Origin: an uncultured Gammaproteobacteria bacterium
GTDB lineage: Bacteria; Patescibacteriota; Microgenomatia; Levybacterales; UBA12049
Direction: 5' to 3'
NCBI GenBank assembly: GCA_964653195.1
Contig: CAZZCX010000004.1
Location: 173-64,172, forward strand
DNA length: 64,000 nt
Below are positions 10,495-20,949 of this stretch, one piece after another. The position numbers and the translations under genes are program-made. The notes below the pieces were generated by a model. It was given only the letters and a program-made list of their open reading frames with translations, was not told the DNA's origin and searched no databases. Position 1 is the first letter of the stretch, and every line of letters begins with the position of its first letter.

Positions 10495-11655
10495 TTAACT
10501 TTCTATAAAATTTTTGATTCCTTTAATTCCTTTTTCTATATTCTCAAAAGACGCAGCATAGCTAAGTCTAAAATAACCAGGATAAAAAAAGGCTTCTCCC
10601 GGCACAACAGCTACTTTTTGTTTTTCAAGCAATGCTTCACACCACTCACTTGATGTTTTATATTTGTTATTTAATATTTTCTCTATAGATACGAAAACAT
10701 AGAACGCCCCTTCAGGCTCGACTATTGAAATACCCGGAATAGATCCTAAATTCTTTAAGAGAAAATCTCTTCTCAATACAAACTCTTTGTACATTTTTTT
10801 CAAAGGCAACTGCGTACCCATAAGTGCTTTTGTACCAGCAACTTGAGAAAATGTTGCAGCACTTGATGCAATCTGCGTTTGCAAATTTATCATAGACGTA
10901 ATAATTTCCCTAGGACCGCCTGCAAAACCCACCCTCCAACCAGTCATTGCATAGGCTTTTGATAAGCCGTTAATTGTTATAGTCCGCGTCTTTACTTCAT
11001 TATTTATTGACGCTATGGATATATGCGAACCTCTGTACACTAACTTCTCATATATTTCATCTGAAATAATATAAAAATTGTGTTCTACTGATAAGTCTGC
11101 AATTTTTTTAAGTTCTGATCTATCAATCATCGCACCAGTTGGGTTTGATGGACTATTAAGCAAAAGTATTTTCGTCTTTTTTGTTATATGTTTTTTAACA
11201 AGTGCTGCAGTTAATTTAAAAGGGCTCTCTAATTTAATAAATGCCGGTTTTCCCCCGCAAATATTTACCTGTTCTGCAAATGTATTCCATGCTGGGATGG
11301 GAATGAGTACTTCATCACCATGATCTAAAAGTGTTCGATATGCAAGATACAATAAAATTTTACTACCTAAACCTACTATAATCTCAGACAAATCATATTC
11401 AATTTTGTTATCTTCATAGAACTTTTTTTGTATTGCAATTCTAAAATCCAACAATCCTGAAGCTTGCGAATAATGAGTGAATCCGTCACTCATTGCCTTA
11501 ATGCAACTTTGCTGAATATGAGCTGGAGTATCAAAATCTGGTTCACCCACACCAAGGTTTATGACTTTTATGCCTTCTGACTGCATTGTTTTGACACGAG
11601 AATCAAGACTCACAGTAGGCGATGGTTTAAGATTTGAGGAAAGCTTTGAAAGCAT
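10495..11655 (-). CDS. Class I/II PLP-dependent aminotransferase (aspartate aminotransferase-like)
   Basis: 'SKAYAMTGWRVGFAGGP' PLP-lysine region, 386 aa. Adjacent to PEPC, so oxaloacetate to aspartate is a plausible role. Confidence 0.75.
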   Translation of the reverse strand: MLSKLSSNLKPSPTVSLDSRVKTMQSEGIKVINLGVGEPDFDTPAHIQQSCIKAMSDGFTHYSQASGLLDFRIAIQKKFYEDNKIEYDLSEIIVGLGSKILLYLAYRTLLDHGDEVLIPIPAWNTFAEQVNICGGKPAFIKLESPFKLTAALVKKHITKKTKILLLNSPSNPTGAMIDRSELKKIADLSVEHNFYIISDEIYEKLVYRGSHISIASINNEVKTRTITINGLSKAYAMTGWRVGFAGGPREIITSMINLQTQIASSAATFSQVAGTKALMGTQLPLKKMYKEFVLRRDFLLKNLGSIPGISIVEPEGAFYVFVSIEKILNNKYKTSSEWCEALLEKQKVAVVPGEAFFYPGYFRLSYAASFENIEKGIKGIKNFIES

Positions 11656-11739
11656 ACTATCTGGTGTGTAACTTTAGCATATCAGAAATATTCTAGCAAT
11701 AGCTTATGTTTTCTCTGCCAAACGCTTATAATAGCTCTT

Positions 11740-12681
11740 ATGGATAATCAAAATAACTTACCTTTTGAATTTATAAAAAGACTTGAACTTATAGTACCTT
11801 TAGAAAAACTGGAGGAAATAAAAAAATCTTTCAGTATAGAAAAGCTCTTAACTTTTAGAATAAATACACTAAAAACAGACAGAAAGACAATTTTGGATTT
11901 TCTAGATTCAAAAAACATAAAATTTGAACTTGTTTCTTGGTATGAGGATGCATTAATTATTGATAATAGCGCGAAAACACAAATCACTGAATCTGATATA
12001 TATAAAAAAGGGTACATTTATTTTCAAAACCTATCCAGTATGCTACCTGTTGTAATTATGGATCCGAAGCCTTATGAAAAAATTCTGGATATCGCAGCAG
12101 CCCCCGGCAGTAAAACTTCACAAATAGCTCAATTTATGAAAAATACTGGAGAAATAGTTGCAAATGATATAAGCCGTCAGAGGTTGTTTAGACTTGTTTC
12201 AATTTTAAAAACACAAGGTATAACTAATGTAAAAATAATGCAAATACCTGGCGAGCATATCTGGAGAAAATACCCAAACTACTTCGATAAGGTACTAATT
12301 GACGCGCCATGCAGCATGGAAGGCCGTTTCAGATCATATGATCCAAAAACTTATGCTGACTGGTCACCTAAGAAAATTAAAGTCCTATCATATCTACAAA
12401 AACGTATATTGAGCTCTGCTTTTTATTCAGTCAAACCCGGCGGAATAATTGTATATTCCACGTGTACTTTAGAACCAGAAGAAAATGAAGCTGTGATCCA
12501 ATATTTGCTGGATAAAGAAAAGAAACATGTGAAAGTTATGGATACAAAAATAAAATATGACTCACCGCTAAGTATCTGGAAAAACAAGACTTTTGATACA
12601 GCTATAAAAAAAACGATGCGAGTTTTTCCTACTCAAAAAATGGAAGGATTTTTCACCGCAAAATTAAAAAGACTCTCCTAG
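11740..12681 (+). CDS. NOL1/NOP2/Sun-family RNA m5C methyltransferase (RsmB/RsmF-like)
   Basis: SAM-binding 'ILDIAAAPGSKT', catalytic 'DAPCSMEG' and 'YSTCT' motifs. Confidence 0.8.
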   Translation: MDNQNNLPFEFIKRLELIVPLEKLEEIKKSFSIEKLLTFRINTLKTDRKTILDFLDSKNIKFELVSWYEDALIIDNSAKTQITESDIYKKGYIYFQNLSSMLPVVIMDPKPYEKILDIAAAPGSKTSQIAQFMKNTGEIVANDISRQRLFRLVSILKTQGITNVKIMQIPGEHIWRKYPNYFDKVLIDAPCSMEGRFRSYDPKTYADWSPKKIKVLSYLQKRILSSAFYSVKPGGIIVYSTCTLEPEENEAVIQYLLDKEKKHVKVMDTKIKYDSPLSIWKNKTFDTAIKKTMRVFPTQKMEGFFTAKLKRLS

Positions 12682-13090
12682 GTTTGGCTAGATGCATTTT
12701 ATTTAATAATTTAAATTCGCATTAACGGATTACCTTATAATCCGAAAGAAGTAAACGAACATAAATGAAAAGGAGAGTATAAATAAATTTTTTATAAACA
12801 TTATTTCCATATATTTATCGTATAGGAAATAATCTTCTGTGTCTAGTCGTACAGTATTTTCTAATTACCCTATAGAACTTACTAGATGGATAAGCATATA
12901 TTCGATGCTGAGTGCTGATAGTATACCGACAACAATTAATACTAACTTAATCAATATATTCTCTGGAGCAGATGGAACTGAGTACACATTTCCTACATTT
13001 AACATTAACCCATAATATTACTCTTCGATTTATTCCATATGAAAATAATGTAAGAAGTTAGAAAGAACTTACTTAAAATGGTAAAGATCA

Positions 13091-14269
13091 TCAAAAAGCT
13101 GACTCTTTTTTATATCCAGGCTTAGCAATTTGTAAAGAAAGATAAAAACAGAAAATACAAAATAATGCACTAGCTAAAAAAGGAAGAAATGTATTATAAG
13201 TCGCAAGTAATCCTGCAAGTAATGGGCCAAGTATACTACCAATACTCATGTATGATGAGTTCAATCCCTGTATAGTTCCCTGTGACTTATCATCTGATTC
13301 TTGCGACAAAATCGTCTGAGTCAGTGGATTTATTGTGGCATTTGAGAAACCAAGAATAATTGAGAACAAAACAAATACTAAAGCATTTCTAGTTATGAAA
13401 TATCCAAAAAAGCTAAACGCTACTACTAAAAACATTATATTAAAGCTTCTCTTCAAGCCAAATATTTTCGTAATACGCTGTAATAAAAATAACTGAGTAA
13501 TAAGCCCGATTAGACCAAAAATGGTAAAAATTATGGCTATACTCTGCTCTTGTAACATCAATATTTTTCGGGCGAAAGGCTGGAATCGAGAAATTAGAAT
13601 ACCAAACGCTAATGAGTAAAATAAAGTAATTAGAAAAGTTCTCCCAGTATTCTCATCATACAAAGCATGAAAAAGCTTTTTGAAATCAAATAGCTTTCCT
13701 TTTTTTACCATCCCCAAATTCTTATTTGTCTCAGGAAGAAATAAGAATGTCGCAACTACAGCGATTACGGAAATGACGCCAGCTATGATAAACGGAAGCG
13801 TCTGTGAAATACCTACGGTTAATGCAGAAATAGCTGGACCAAAGATAAACCCAAAACCAAATGAGGCACCAAATATAGCATAACCTTTTGCTCTATTTTT
13901 TAGATCTGTAGTATCGGCTATCACAGCAGATGCTACGGGCAAATTCCCTGCTGTGATTCCATCTAAAGCTCGGGCGAAAAATAACATCGGAACAGATCTA
14001 GCAAATGCCATCATAAAAAAAGACATAGCGGTACCGATTAGAGAAATTATAAGAAGCGGTCGTCGGCCATATTTATCTGATAAACGGCCAATTACAGGTG
14101 TCGCAAAAAACTGACAAAGTGAAAACAAAGCAAATAATAAACCGAACTGAAAATCGTTCATACCAAATCTACTCGTATATGATTCAAGAATAGGAATAAT
14201 GATACCGTAACCTAAGGAATTAACTAAAGCGATTACGGCAATAATGAAAAAATTACGATTTTTAAACAT
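13091..14269 (-). CDS. MFS transporter
   Basis: 392 aa with about 12 TM segments and an MFS 'GRLSDKYGRRP' motif between TM2 and TM3. Confidence 0.75.
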   Translation of the reverse strand: MFKNRNFFIIAVIALVNSLGYGIIIPILESYTSRFGMNDFQFGLLFALFSLCQFFATPVIGRLSDKYGRRPLLIISLIGTAMSFFMMAFARSVPMLFFARALDGITAGNLPVASAVIADTTDLKNRAKGYAIFGASFGFGFIFGPAISALTVGISQTLPFIIAGVISVIAVVATFLFLPETNKNLGMVKKGKLFDFKKLFHALYDENTGRTFLITLFYSLAFGILISRFQPFARKILMLQEQSIAIIFTIFGLIGLITQLFLLQRITKIFGLKRSFNIMFLVVAFSFFGYFITRNALVFVLFSIILGFSNATINPLTQTILSQESDDKSQGTIQGLNSSYMSIGSILGPLLAGLLATYNTFLPFLASALFCIFCFYLSLQIAKPGYKKESAF

Positions 14270-14293
14270 GAAAAGGGAATTAAGAATATATAG

Positions 14294-15379
14294 TTATTGG
14301 AGATAAACTCCGAGCTTTTTAGCAACCTGGTACTCCCGAAGTTGAGGTGTGATTTGCTTTAAGTTTTTTACTGCCTCTTCAATTGTTACGGTTTTCATAA
14401 TACCTGCCTTAAGACACACTATTGTATTAAATTCACCTCTGACATATGCATCCATAGCTTCTATCCCGTATGACTTGGCAAGAATTCTATCTGCTGCGTT
14501 TGGGGAACCTCCACGCTGTACATGCCCCAAAACTACATTTCTCATCTCGAATTCATTAGGCGCCAGTTTCTCAACAAGATTCATAAGCTGAAGCGAGACT
14601 CCACCTAATTTAACCTCCGAACTAACCATCCCTGAGTGTATCAATTCATTTTCAAGTAATAATCCTTCAGATACGACGACGACAGCGGAATAATTACGAG
14701 AGGAATGTCTTTCTCTTAAGAAAGTAATGAATTTTTCAGCAGAAAAAGTAAATTCAGGAAGCAAAATTCCATCAGCGCCACCTGCTAGACCTGCAAAAAG
14801 CGAAATCCATCCTGTATATCTACCCATACATTCGACAAATATCACTCTATCATGACTGAAAGCAGTAGTAGTCACCTTATCGATTGCATCTACAGCCACA
14901 CCTACTGCAGTACTGAAGCCGAATGTTTGATCTGTCGATCCCAGGTCATTATCTATGGTTTTAGGTACTCCAACGATGTTCACACCATACTCAGCAAGCT
15001 GCAATCCTGCGGTCATAGTTCCATCCCCTCCTATCAAAATAAGTCCTTCAATTCCCAGTTCATCAAGATGACTCTTAGCCTCTTTAAGTATATGCTCAGG
15101 TATAACACCTTTCTCGCCTGTTCCTACTTTTCCACCGAATCTACCCCTATTTGTGGTTCGAAGGATTGTACCTCCAAGAAAGCTGATATTTTTGACAGCA
15201 TTCAGATCAAGGCTACGATACATCAAAGGAGTTAAAAGACCTTCCCATCCCCGTTCAAATCCGATAAATTCATATCCCATGGCTATTCCACTTTTTACAA
15301 CGGCTGAAATAACTGCATTTATACCCGCACAATCTCCTCCAGCATTGATAATACCGATTTTCTTTGTATTTAAAGACAT
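14294..15379 (-). CDS. pfkA: 6-phosphofructokinase (ATP/PPi-dependent PFK family)
   Basis: 'IGIINAGGDCAGINAVI' N-terminus, 'GGDGTM' and 'IDNDL' PFK motifs. Confidence 0.85.
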   Translation of the reverse strand: MSLNTKKIGIINAGGDCAGINAVISAVVKSGIAMGYEFIGFERGWEGLLTPLMYRSLDLNAVKNISFLGGTILRTTNRGRFGGKVGTGEKGVIPEHILKEAKSHLDELGIEGLILIGGDGTMTAGLQLAEYGVNIVGVPKTIDNDLGSTDQTFGFSTAVGVAVDAIDKVTTTAFSHDRVIFVECMGRYTGWISLFAGLAGGADGILLPEFTFSAEKFITFLRERHSSRNYSAVVVVSEGLLLENELIHSGMVSSEVKLGGVSLQLMNLVEKLAPNEFEMRNVVLGHVQRGGSPNAADRILAKSYGIEAMDAYVRGEFNTIVCLKAGIMKTVTIEEAVKNLKQITPQLREYQVAKKLGVYLQ

Positions 15380-15639
15380 AATTAATTAAATAACGATTCC
15401 AAATTTAGCCTTAATATATTAACATGAACTGGATATAAAATAAAGCGAGAGATTGCTTAAAGAAAAATCTAGATAGTCCAAAATAAAGATAGTTATTGCA
15501 AAAACCTGATACATTCAAATAACACTTCAATCTAACAAAAGTCAAAAGACTTTTTCATCCATTTTCTAAATAGCACCAAAAACTAGCAAATTTGAGGCTA
15601 ATCGTATCATAGTATACTATACATCCTATAGTTGACTTT

Positions 15640-16440
15640 GTGAAACTTAAAGCCTATAATAAGCGCATGAAAGCAGTCATTTTGGCCGGTGGTTACGGCA
15701 CAAGAATTAGCGAGGAAAGCGGTATACGACCTAAGCCTATGGTTGAGCTTGGTGGTAAACCTATATTATGGCATATAATGAAAATATACCATACTTACGG
15801 AATTAACGATTTTATAATTTGTGCAGGTTATAAATCACACGCGATCAAAGAATATTTCGCCAACTACGCACTCTACAACTCAGATGTTACCTTCGATCTC
15901 ACTACCCATACTCAGATTACCCATAAAAATGGTGCAGAACCGTGGAAAATAACAGTAGTTGAAACAGGTGAAAGTACGATGACCGGAGGAAGACTTAAAA
16001 GAGTTAAAGACTACGTGGGAAATGAGACATTTTTATGCACATATGGAGATGGAGTAAGTGATGTAAATATAACAGATACAATTGCTTTCCATAAAAAGCA
16101 CGGTGGAGTTGGAACTGTAATTGCAGTACAGCCTCCCGGGCGCTTCGGAATCTTCAGCCTTCATGATGGTAATACTACAATCACAAGTTTCCGAGAAAAA
16201 CCAAATGGTGATGGTGCCTGGATAAATGGAGGATTCATGGTCTTAACACCTGAAGTTTTTGATTATATTAAAGGCGATGATACTGTTTTTGAGCAAGAAC
16301 CAATGGAGAACATGGCAAAAGATGGAAAGTTAAATGCATTTAGACATAATGGCTACTGGCAGTGCATGGATACTCTTAGAGACAAAATGATGCTTGAATC
16401 AATCTGGCAAACAGGAAAAGCCCCTTGGAAAGTCTGGTAA
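15640..16440 (+). CDS. rfbF: Glucose-1-phosphate cytidylyltransferase
   Basis: 'MKAVILAGGYGTRISEESGIRPKPMVELGGKPILWHIMKIY' is almost a verbatim RfbF/DdhA N-terminus. Length is 266 aa. Confidence 0.85.
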   Translation: MKLKAYNKRMKAVILAGGYGTRISEESGIRPKPMVELGGKPILWHIMKIYHTYGINDFIICAGYKSHAIKEYFANYALYNSDVTFDLTTHTQITHKNGAEPWKITVVETGESTMTGGRLKRVKDYVGNETFLCTYGDGVSDVNITDTIAFHKKHGGVGTVIAVQPPGRFGIFSLHDGNTTITSFREKPNGDGAWINGGFMVLTPEVFDYIKGDDTVFEQEPMENMAKDGKLNAFRHNGYWQCMDTLRDKMMLESIWQTGKAPWKVW

Positions 16441-16444
16441 ATAT

Positions 16445-17473
16445 ATGAAAGTACTAATTACAGGAATTGATGGATATATTGGCGCGGTTTTATCACAAGT
16501 CTTAATCGAAAAAGGTCATAACGTCACAGGTATAGATACCGGTTTTTATCGTGAAGGCTGGCTATATAATGGAGCAAATATAATGCCCCTTGTAATAAAT
16601 AAAGATATCAGAGACGTAACACAGGAGGAGCTTGAGGGATTTGATGCTGCAATTCACCTTGCCGATCTTTCAAACGATCCTCTTGGTCAACTGGATGAAA
16701 AATCTACTTATGCCATAAATCATATCGCAGCAGTAGAGTTCGCAAAGAAAGCTAAAAAAGCAGGTATAAAACGATACCTTTATAGTTCATCCTGCAGCGT
16801 CTATGGAATCGCCAAGGAAGATATTGTAAATGAGAAGTCAGCTACCAACCCCCAGACTACTTATGCTAAATGCAAATTACTAGTCGAAAATGAACTTAAA
16901 GCAATTGCTGATGATACGTTCTCACCTGTCATACTCAGAAATTCTACTGTATTTGGCATATCTCCAAGACTACGATTTGATCTAGTCGTAAATAATCTTT
17001 CCGGTCATGCATTTATAAATAAAGAAATACGTCTTGCCAGTGACGGTACGCCTTGGAGACCTTTGGTACATATAAACGATGTAAGCGAAGCATTTGCACA
17101 AGCTTTAATTGCACCAAAGGAAATAGTACACGCTGAAATATTCAATGTAGGCAAAATCGGAGGAAATTATCGAATAATTGATGTAGCTTCTATCGTGCAA
17201 AATGAATTCCCGGATTGCAAAATATCAATCGGAAATAGCAACGGGGACACAAGATCATATAGAGTGTCTTTTGAAAAAATAAATACCATACTTCCCGGAT
17301 ACAATGCAAAAAAAGATGTTGCGTTTGGTGTCAGGCAATTAAAAGAGTTATTTGAGAGAGTTAAGTTATCAAAAGAGCAATTCGATTCACGTGCTTTTAC
17401 CAGACTCAAGATGATCGAATACTTACGCCAAAGCGGTCAGATAACCAATGAATATTATTGGAATAAAAAATAA
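16445..17473 (+). CDS. NAD-dependent sugar-nucleotide epimerase/dehydratase (extended SDR, GalE-like)
   Basis: Rossmann 'MKVLITGIDGYIGAVL', 'YSSSCSVYG' and catalytic 'YAKCK' (YxxxK). Start moved to the internal ATG at 16445; the ORF-track start at 16394 overlaps rfbF. Confidence 0.7.
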   Translation: MKVLITGIDGYIGAVLSQVLIEKGHNVTGIDTGFYREGWLYNGANIMPLVINKDIRDVTQEELEGFDAAIHLADLSNDPLGQLDEKSTYAINHIAAVEFAKKAKKAGIKRYLYSSSCSVYGIAKEDIVNEKSATNPQTTYAKCKLLVENELKAIADDTFSPVILRNSTVFGISPRLRFDLVVNNLSGHAFINKEIRLASDGTPWRPLVHINDVSEAFAQALIAPKEIVHAEIFNVGKIGGNYRIIDVASIVQNEFPDCKISIGNSNGDTRSYRVSFEKINTILPGYNAKKDVAFGVRQLKELFERVKLSKEQFDSRAFTRLKMIEYLRQSGQITNEYYWNKK

Positions 17474-17475
17474 AT

Positions 17476-18711
17476 ATGGTTACATTATTTAACTGCAGAT
17501 TCTGTCAAACACCATTATCACATACCTTTGTAGATCTAGGTATGTCCCCTGTCGCAAATGATTATTTAAAAGAAGATCAATTCAAAGATGAAAAATTTTA
17601 TCCTTTACATACTTATGTCTGCGAAAATTGTTTTCTGGTACAACTGCCAAATGTCGTCGCCCGAGAAAAAATATTTAACGATAAATACGCTTATTTCTCA
17701 TCCTACTCTGACAGTTGGCTAAAACATGCCAAGGATTACGTAAGTATGATGATGAAAAATTTTAAATTTAATAATGATTCTTTAGTGGTAGAACTTGCCA
17801 GTAATGACGGTTATTTACTGCAATATTTCAAAGACGCGAAAATTCCTGTTTTGGGTATTGAGCCAAGTGCAAACGTGGCAGAAGAGGCAATGAAAAAAGG
17901 GATTCCATCAATTGTGAAGTTTTTCGGCGTACAAACAGCCAAAGAACTAGTGATGGAGAATAAATATGCAGATCTAATAATTGGAAACAATGTTTTCGCG
18001 CATGTCCCAGATGTAAACGATTTTGTAGGAGGTATGAAGATTCTTTTAAAACCGGATGGAATAATAACTATCGAATTTCCTCATCTTATGAATTTAATTA
18101 ATCATAATGAGTTCGATACAATTTATCATGAACATTACTCATACTACTCATTCATTACTGCAGAGAAAATATTCGCCAAACATGGAATTACACTTTTTGA
18201 TGTTCAGGAGGTGTCTACTCACGGAGGGTCGCTTAGAATTTACGGACGACATACAGAAAATTCAGCACTAAAAGTAAATGAAAGAGTGAATTTACTTCGC
18301 GAGAAAGAAATTAATGCAGGATATACTGATTTAAGTTTTTATTCACAATTTCAAAAAAAAGTACTTATCACAAAAGAAAATTTTATAAATTTTATAAAGA
18401 ACGCCAAATCTGAAGGGAAAACTATCGTAGGTTATGGTGCTCCTGCAAAGGGTAATACTTTGCTTAATTATTGCAATTTGAGTATAGATTGTATCACTTA
18501 TACAGTAGATAGAAGCATTCACAAGCAAAATCATTTCTTGCCGGGAACACATATACCGATTTACGCACCAGATAAAATAAAAGAAACTAAGCCTGATTAT
18601 GTCCTTATTCTTCCTTGGAACTTAAAAAATGAAATAAGTGAACAAATGTCATATATAAGAGAATGGGGTGGTAAATTTATTGTCGGTATACCTGAAATTC
18701 AAATATTTTAA
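17476..18711 (+). CDS. SAM-dependent NDP-hexose C-methyltransferase-like (zinc-ribbon plus methyltransferase plus C-methyltransferase C-terminal domain; TylCIII/CoxC-like)
   Basis: N-terminal Cys-rich 'CRFCQTPL...CENC' zinc ribbon followed by a class I methyltransferase core, 411 aa. This architecture is typical of sugar C-methyltransferases in O-antigen and antibiotic sugar pathways. Confidence 0.6.
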   Translation: MVTLFNCRFCQTPLSHTFVDLGMSPVANDYLKEDQFKDEKFYPLHTYVCENCFLVQLPNVVAREKIFNDKYAYFSSYSDSWLKHAKDYVSMMMKNFKFNNDSLVVELASNDGYLLQYFKDAKIPVLGIEPSANVAEEAMKKGIPSIVKFFGVQTAKELVMENKYADLIIGNNVFAHVPDVNDFVGGMKILLKPDGIITIEFPHLMNLINHNEFDTIYHEHYSYYSFITAEKIFAKHGITLFDVQEVSTHGGSLRIYGRHTENSALKVNERVNLLREKEINAGYTDLSFYSQFQKKVLITKENFINFIKNAKSEGKTIVGYGAPAKGNTLLNYCNLSIDCITYTVDRSIHKQNHFLPGTHIPIYAPDKIKETKPDYVLILPWNLKNEISEQMSYIREWGGKFIVGIPEIQIF

Positions 18712-18714
18712 ATT

Positions 18715-19992
18715 ATGAATATCGACTCAAAACTTACTAAACTAATGAAAGAAAATAAGCCAATCCGCGTAGGACTTATCGGTGCTGGTTATGCTGCAGC
18801 TGGCTTCGCTTTACAAATTCTGGCAAATGAAAACGGTATAAAGCTCGTGGGAATTGCAAACAGAACAGTCTCAAAAGCAAAAAATATTTATAAAAAATCA
18901 GGTATTGATGCAAAAGAAATCGATAACAGAGATGGACTCGAAAAAGCAATGCAAGATTCAAATTATTTGGTAACCGATAATTATGAATTGTTATGCGAAT
19001 CAACCATGATAGATGTCATAGTTGAGGCAACGGGGGACGTAGAATTCGGGGCACAAGTCGCAGTAAAAGCAATTGAGAACGGAAAGCATTTGGTGCTCAT
19101 CAACGCAGAGCTCGATTCGACAATAGGACCTATCTTAAAACACTACGCTGATAAAAAAAATGTCATATATACCCAAACAGACGGAGACCAGCCAGGGGTA
19201 ATAATGAATTTATTTAGATACGTAAAACTTTTAGGCCTTACTCCTATAGTTGCTGGAAATATAAAAACGGTTCTTGATAATTACCGAACTCCCGAAACCC
19301 AAAAAATGTGGGCAGATGAAAATAATCAAAGCCCGCATCTTGCCACAACTGCTGTAGATGGTACAAAAATCGCAATGGAAATGGCCACAGTCGCCAATGC
19401 TACAGGTATGAAGATAGGTACAAGGGGAATGCATGGCTTTTCTATGAAGCATGTTAATGATGCATTAAATAATTTCCCACTTGATAAGCTTCTAAAAGAC
19501 GGTGGAATTGTCGATTATATTTTAGGTGCAGAACCCAGTTTCGGAGTTTTCATCATAGCTCACACCGATAATCCGGAAAGACAAAAGTATTTGAAAATGT
19601 ACAAAATGGGCATAGGTCCTTTTTATGTATTCTATAGACCATATCATTTGTGTACACTGGAAACTCATTTGAGTGTAGCTGAGGCTGTGATAAATAAAAA
19701 CGCAACTCTTGCTCCGTTAGGAAAACCTGTATGCGATGTCATAACTGTTGCCAAAAAAGATTTAAAGAAAGGTGAGAAACTCGATGGAATTGGAGGTTTT
19801 AGTTGCTTTGGAGTTATAGAAAACTATGATACTAGTAAAACACAAAATCTTCTGCCTATGGGACTTTCAAAAGACTGTATTTTAAATAAAGATATAAAGA
19901 AAAACAGCACAATCTCATATAGTGATGTAACCCTGCCAAAAAATAGATTATCAGATAATCTTCGCGATAAACAAAATAAATTGTTTTCATAA
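18715..19992 (+). CDS. NAD(P)-binding oxidoreductase with C-terminal SAF domain (COG4091 'predicted homoserine dehydrogenase'-like)
   Basis: N-terminal Rossmann 'IRVGLIGAGYAAAGFA'; C-terminal SAF-like region 'PLGKPVCDVITVAKKDLKKGEKLDGIGG'; 425 aa. Confidence 0.55.
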   Translation: MNIDSKLTKLMKENKPIRVGLIGAGYAAAGFALQILANENGIKLVGIANRTVSKAKNIYKKSGIDAKEIDNRDGLEKAMQDSNYLVTDNYELLCESTMIDVIVEATGDVEFGAQVAVKAIENGKHLVLINAELDSTIGPILKHYADKKNVIYTQTDGDQPGVIMNLFRYVKLLGLTPIVAGNIKTVLDNYRTPETQKMWADENNQSPHLATTAVDGTKIAMEMATVANATGMKIGTRGMHGFSMKHVNDALNNFPLDKLLKDGGIVDYILGAEPSFGVFIIAHTDNPERQKYLKMYKMGIGPFYVFYRPYHLCTLETHLSVAEAVINKNATLAPLGKPVCDVITVAKKDLKKGEKLDGIGGFSCFGVIENYDTSKTQNLLPMGLSKDCILNKDIKKNSTISYSDVTLPKNRLSDNLRDKQNKLFS

Positions 19993-19995
19993 CTT

Positions 19996-20880
19996 ATGAA
20001 AAAACTAATAAATATAACAGTTGGTATTCCGACACGCTATGCAGGTAATTCCCTGCTTAAAACGGTGGAAACAATATTTGCATCAAATATAACGAATATT
20101 AGATGTATCATTGTAGCTGATAATATACCTGTTTCGTACTCATTAAGAAAGAAACTTGAGAAATTAGGAGCTGAGATTTACTGGAATCCAAAACCGGGAA
20201 GTCAATTTAAAAAACTGAAACAAATTATAAATAAAACTGATACTGATTTATTTATATTTACACAGGATGATATCACATTCAGACCGGATACTATCTCAGA
20301 AATTATAAAAACCTTCAGCAAAAACCCTTCAGTTACGATGGTAGGAAGTCGTATTTTACCATTGGCACCAGTAACGCTTTTTGAGAAAAGCATGACTTCT
20401 ATGGTAAGAATTATTGATCGGGTTTCAGGTAAATGGAATAAAGGCAGAAACTATCTCACAGCAAGCGGACGATGTATCTCATTCAAGACTAAATTACTGA
20501 AAAAGTTTATAATCCGCGAACAAATTGTAAACGGTGATATGTATTTATACCTGGAAAATAAAAGACTTGGAGGCGAAATCATGCGCGCCGGAAAATCAAA
20601 AGTATATATACGCTGTCCGCAATCTATAAATGATCAGATTGGACCAAGCAGCAGATATCAGTTTTCAGAAACAGAATTAAAGAAATATTTCGATTTCGAT
20701 ATAAAACCTGAATATCATATTCCTTTTTTCGTACTTGTCAGAGCGACAATAACTGAGCTTATACTTCATCCGAGATCGGCATTATTATATTTTTTTATTT
20801 TTATATATACTCGTATAAAACGTCAACCATATCACACCATAAGTCCTATCTGGAAAATTGACGAATCTACGAAAAAGTAA
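19996..20880 (+). CDS. Glycosyltransferase-like protein (GT-A / GT2-like)
   Basis: 'ITVGIPTRY' N-terminal strand-loop and 'FIFTQDDITF' DxD-like motif. Placed inside the sugar-nucleotide cluster. Confidence 0.45.
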   Translation: MKKLINITVGIPTRYAGNSLLKTVETIFASNITNIRCIIVADNIPVSYSLRKKLEKLGAEIYWNPKPGSQFKKLKQIINKTDTDLFIFTQDDITFRPDTISEIIKTFSKNPSVTMVGSRILPLAPVTLFEKSMTSMVRIIDRVSGKWNKGRNYLTASGRCISFKTKLLKKFIIREQIVNGDMYLYLENKRLGGEIMRAGKSKVYIRCPQSINDQIGPSSRYQFSETELKKYFDFDIKPEYHIPFFVLVRATITELILHPRSALLYFFIFIYTRIKRQPYHTISPIWKIDESTKK

Positions 20881-20949
20881 TCGCTTGTAAGTTGAGCTTA
20901 ATAAGTATAGAATCAAACTCAACTTCAACAATCTGCCACAACATTAGTT

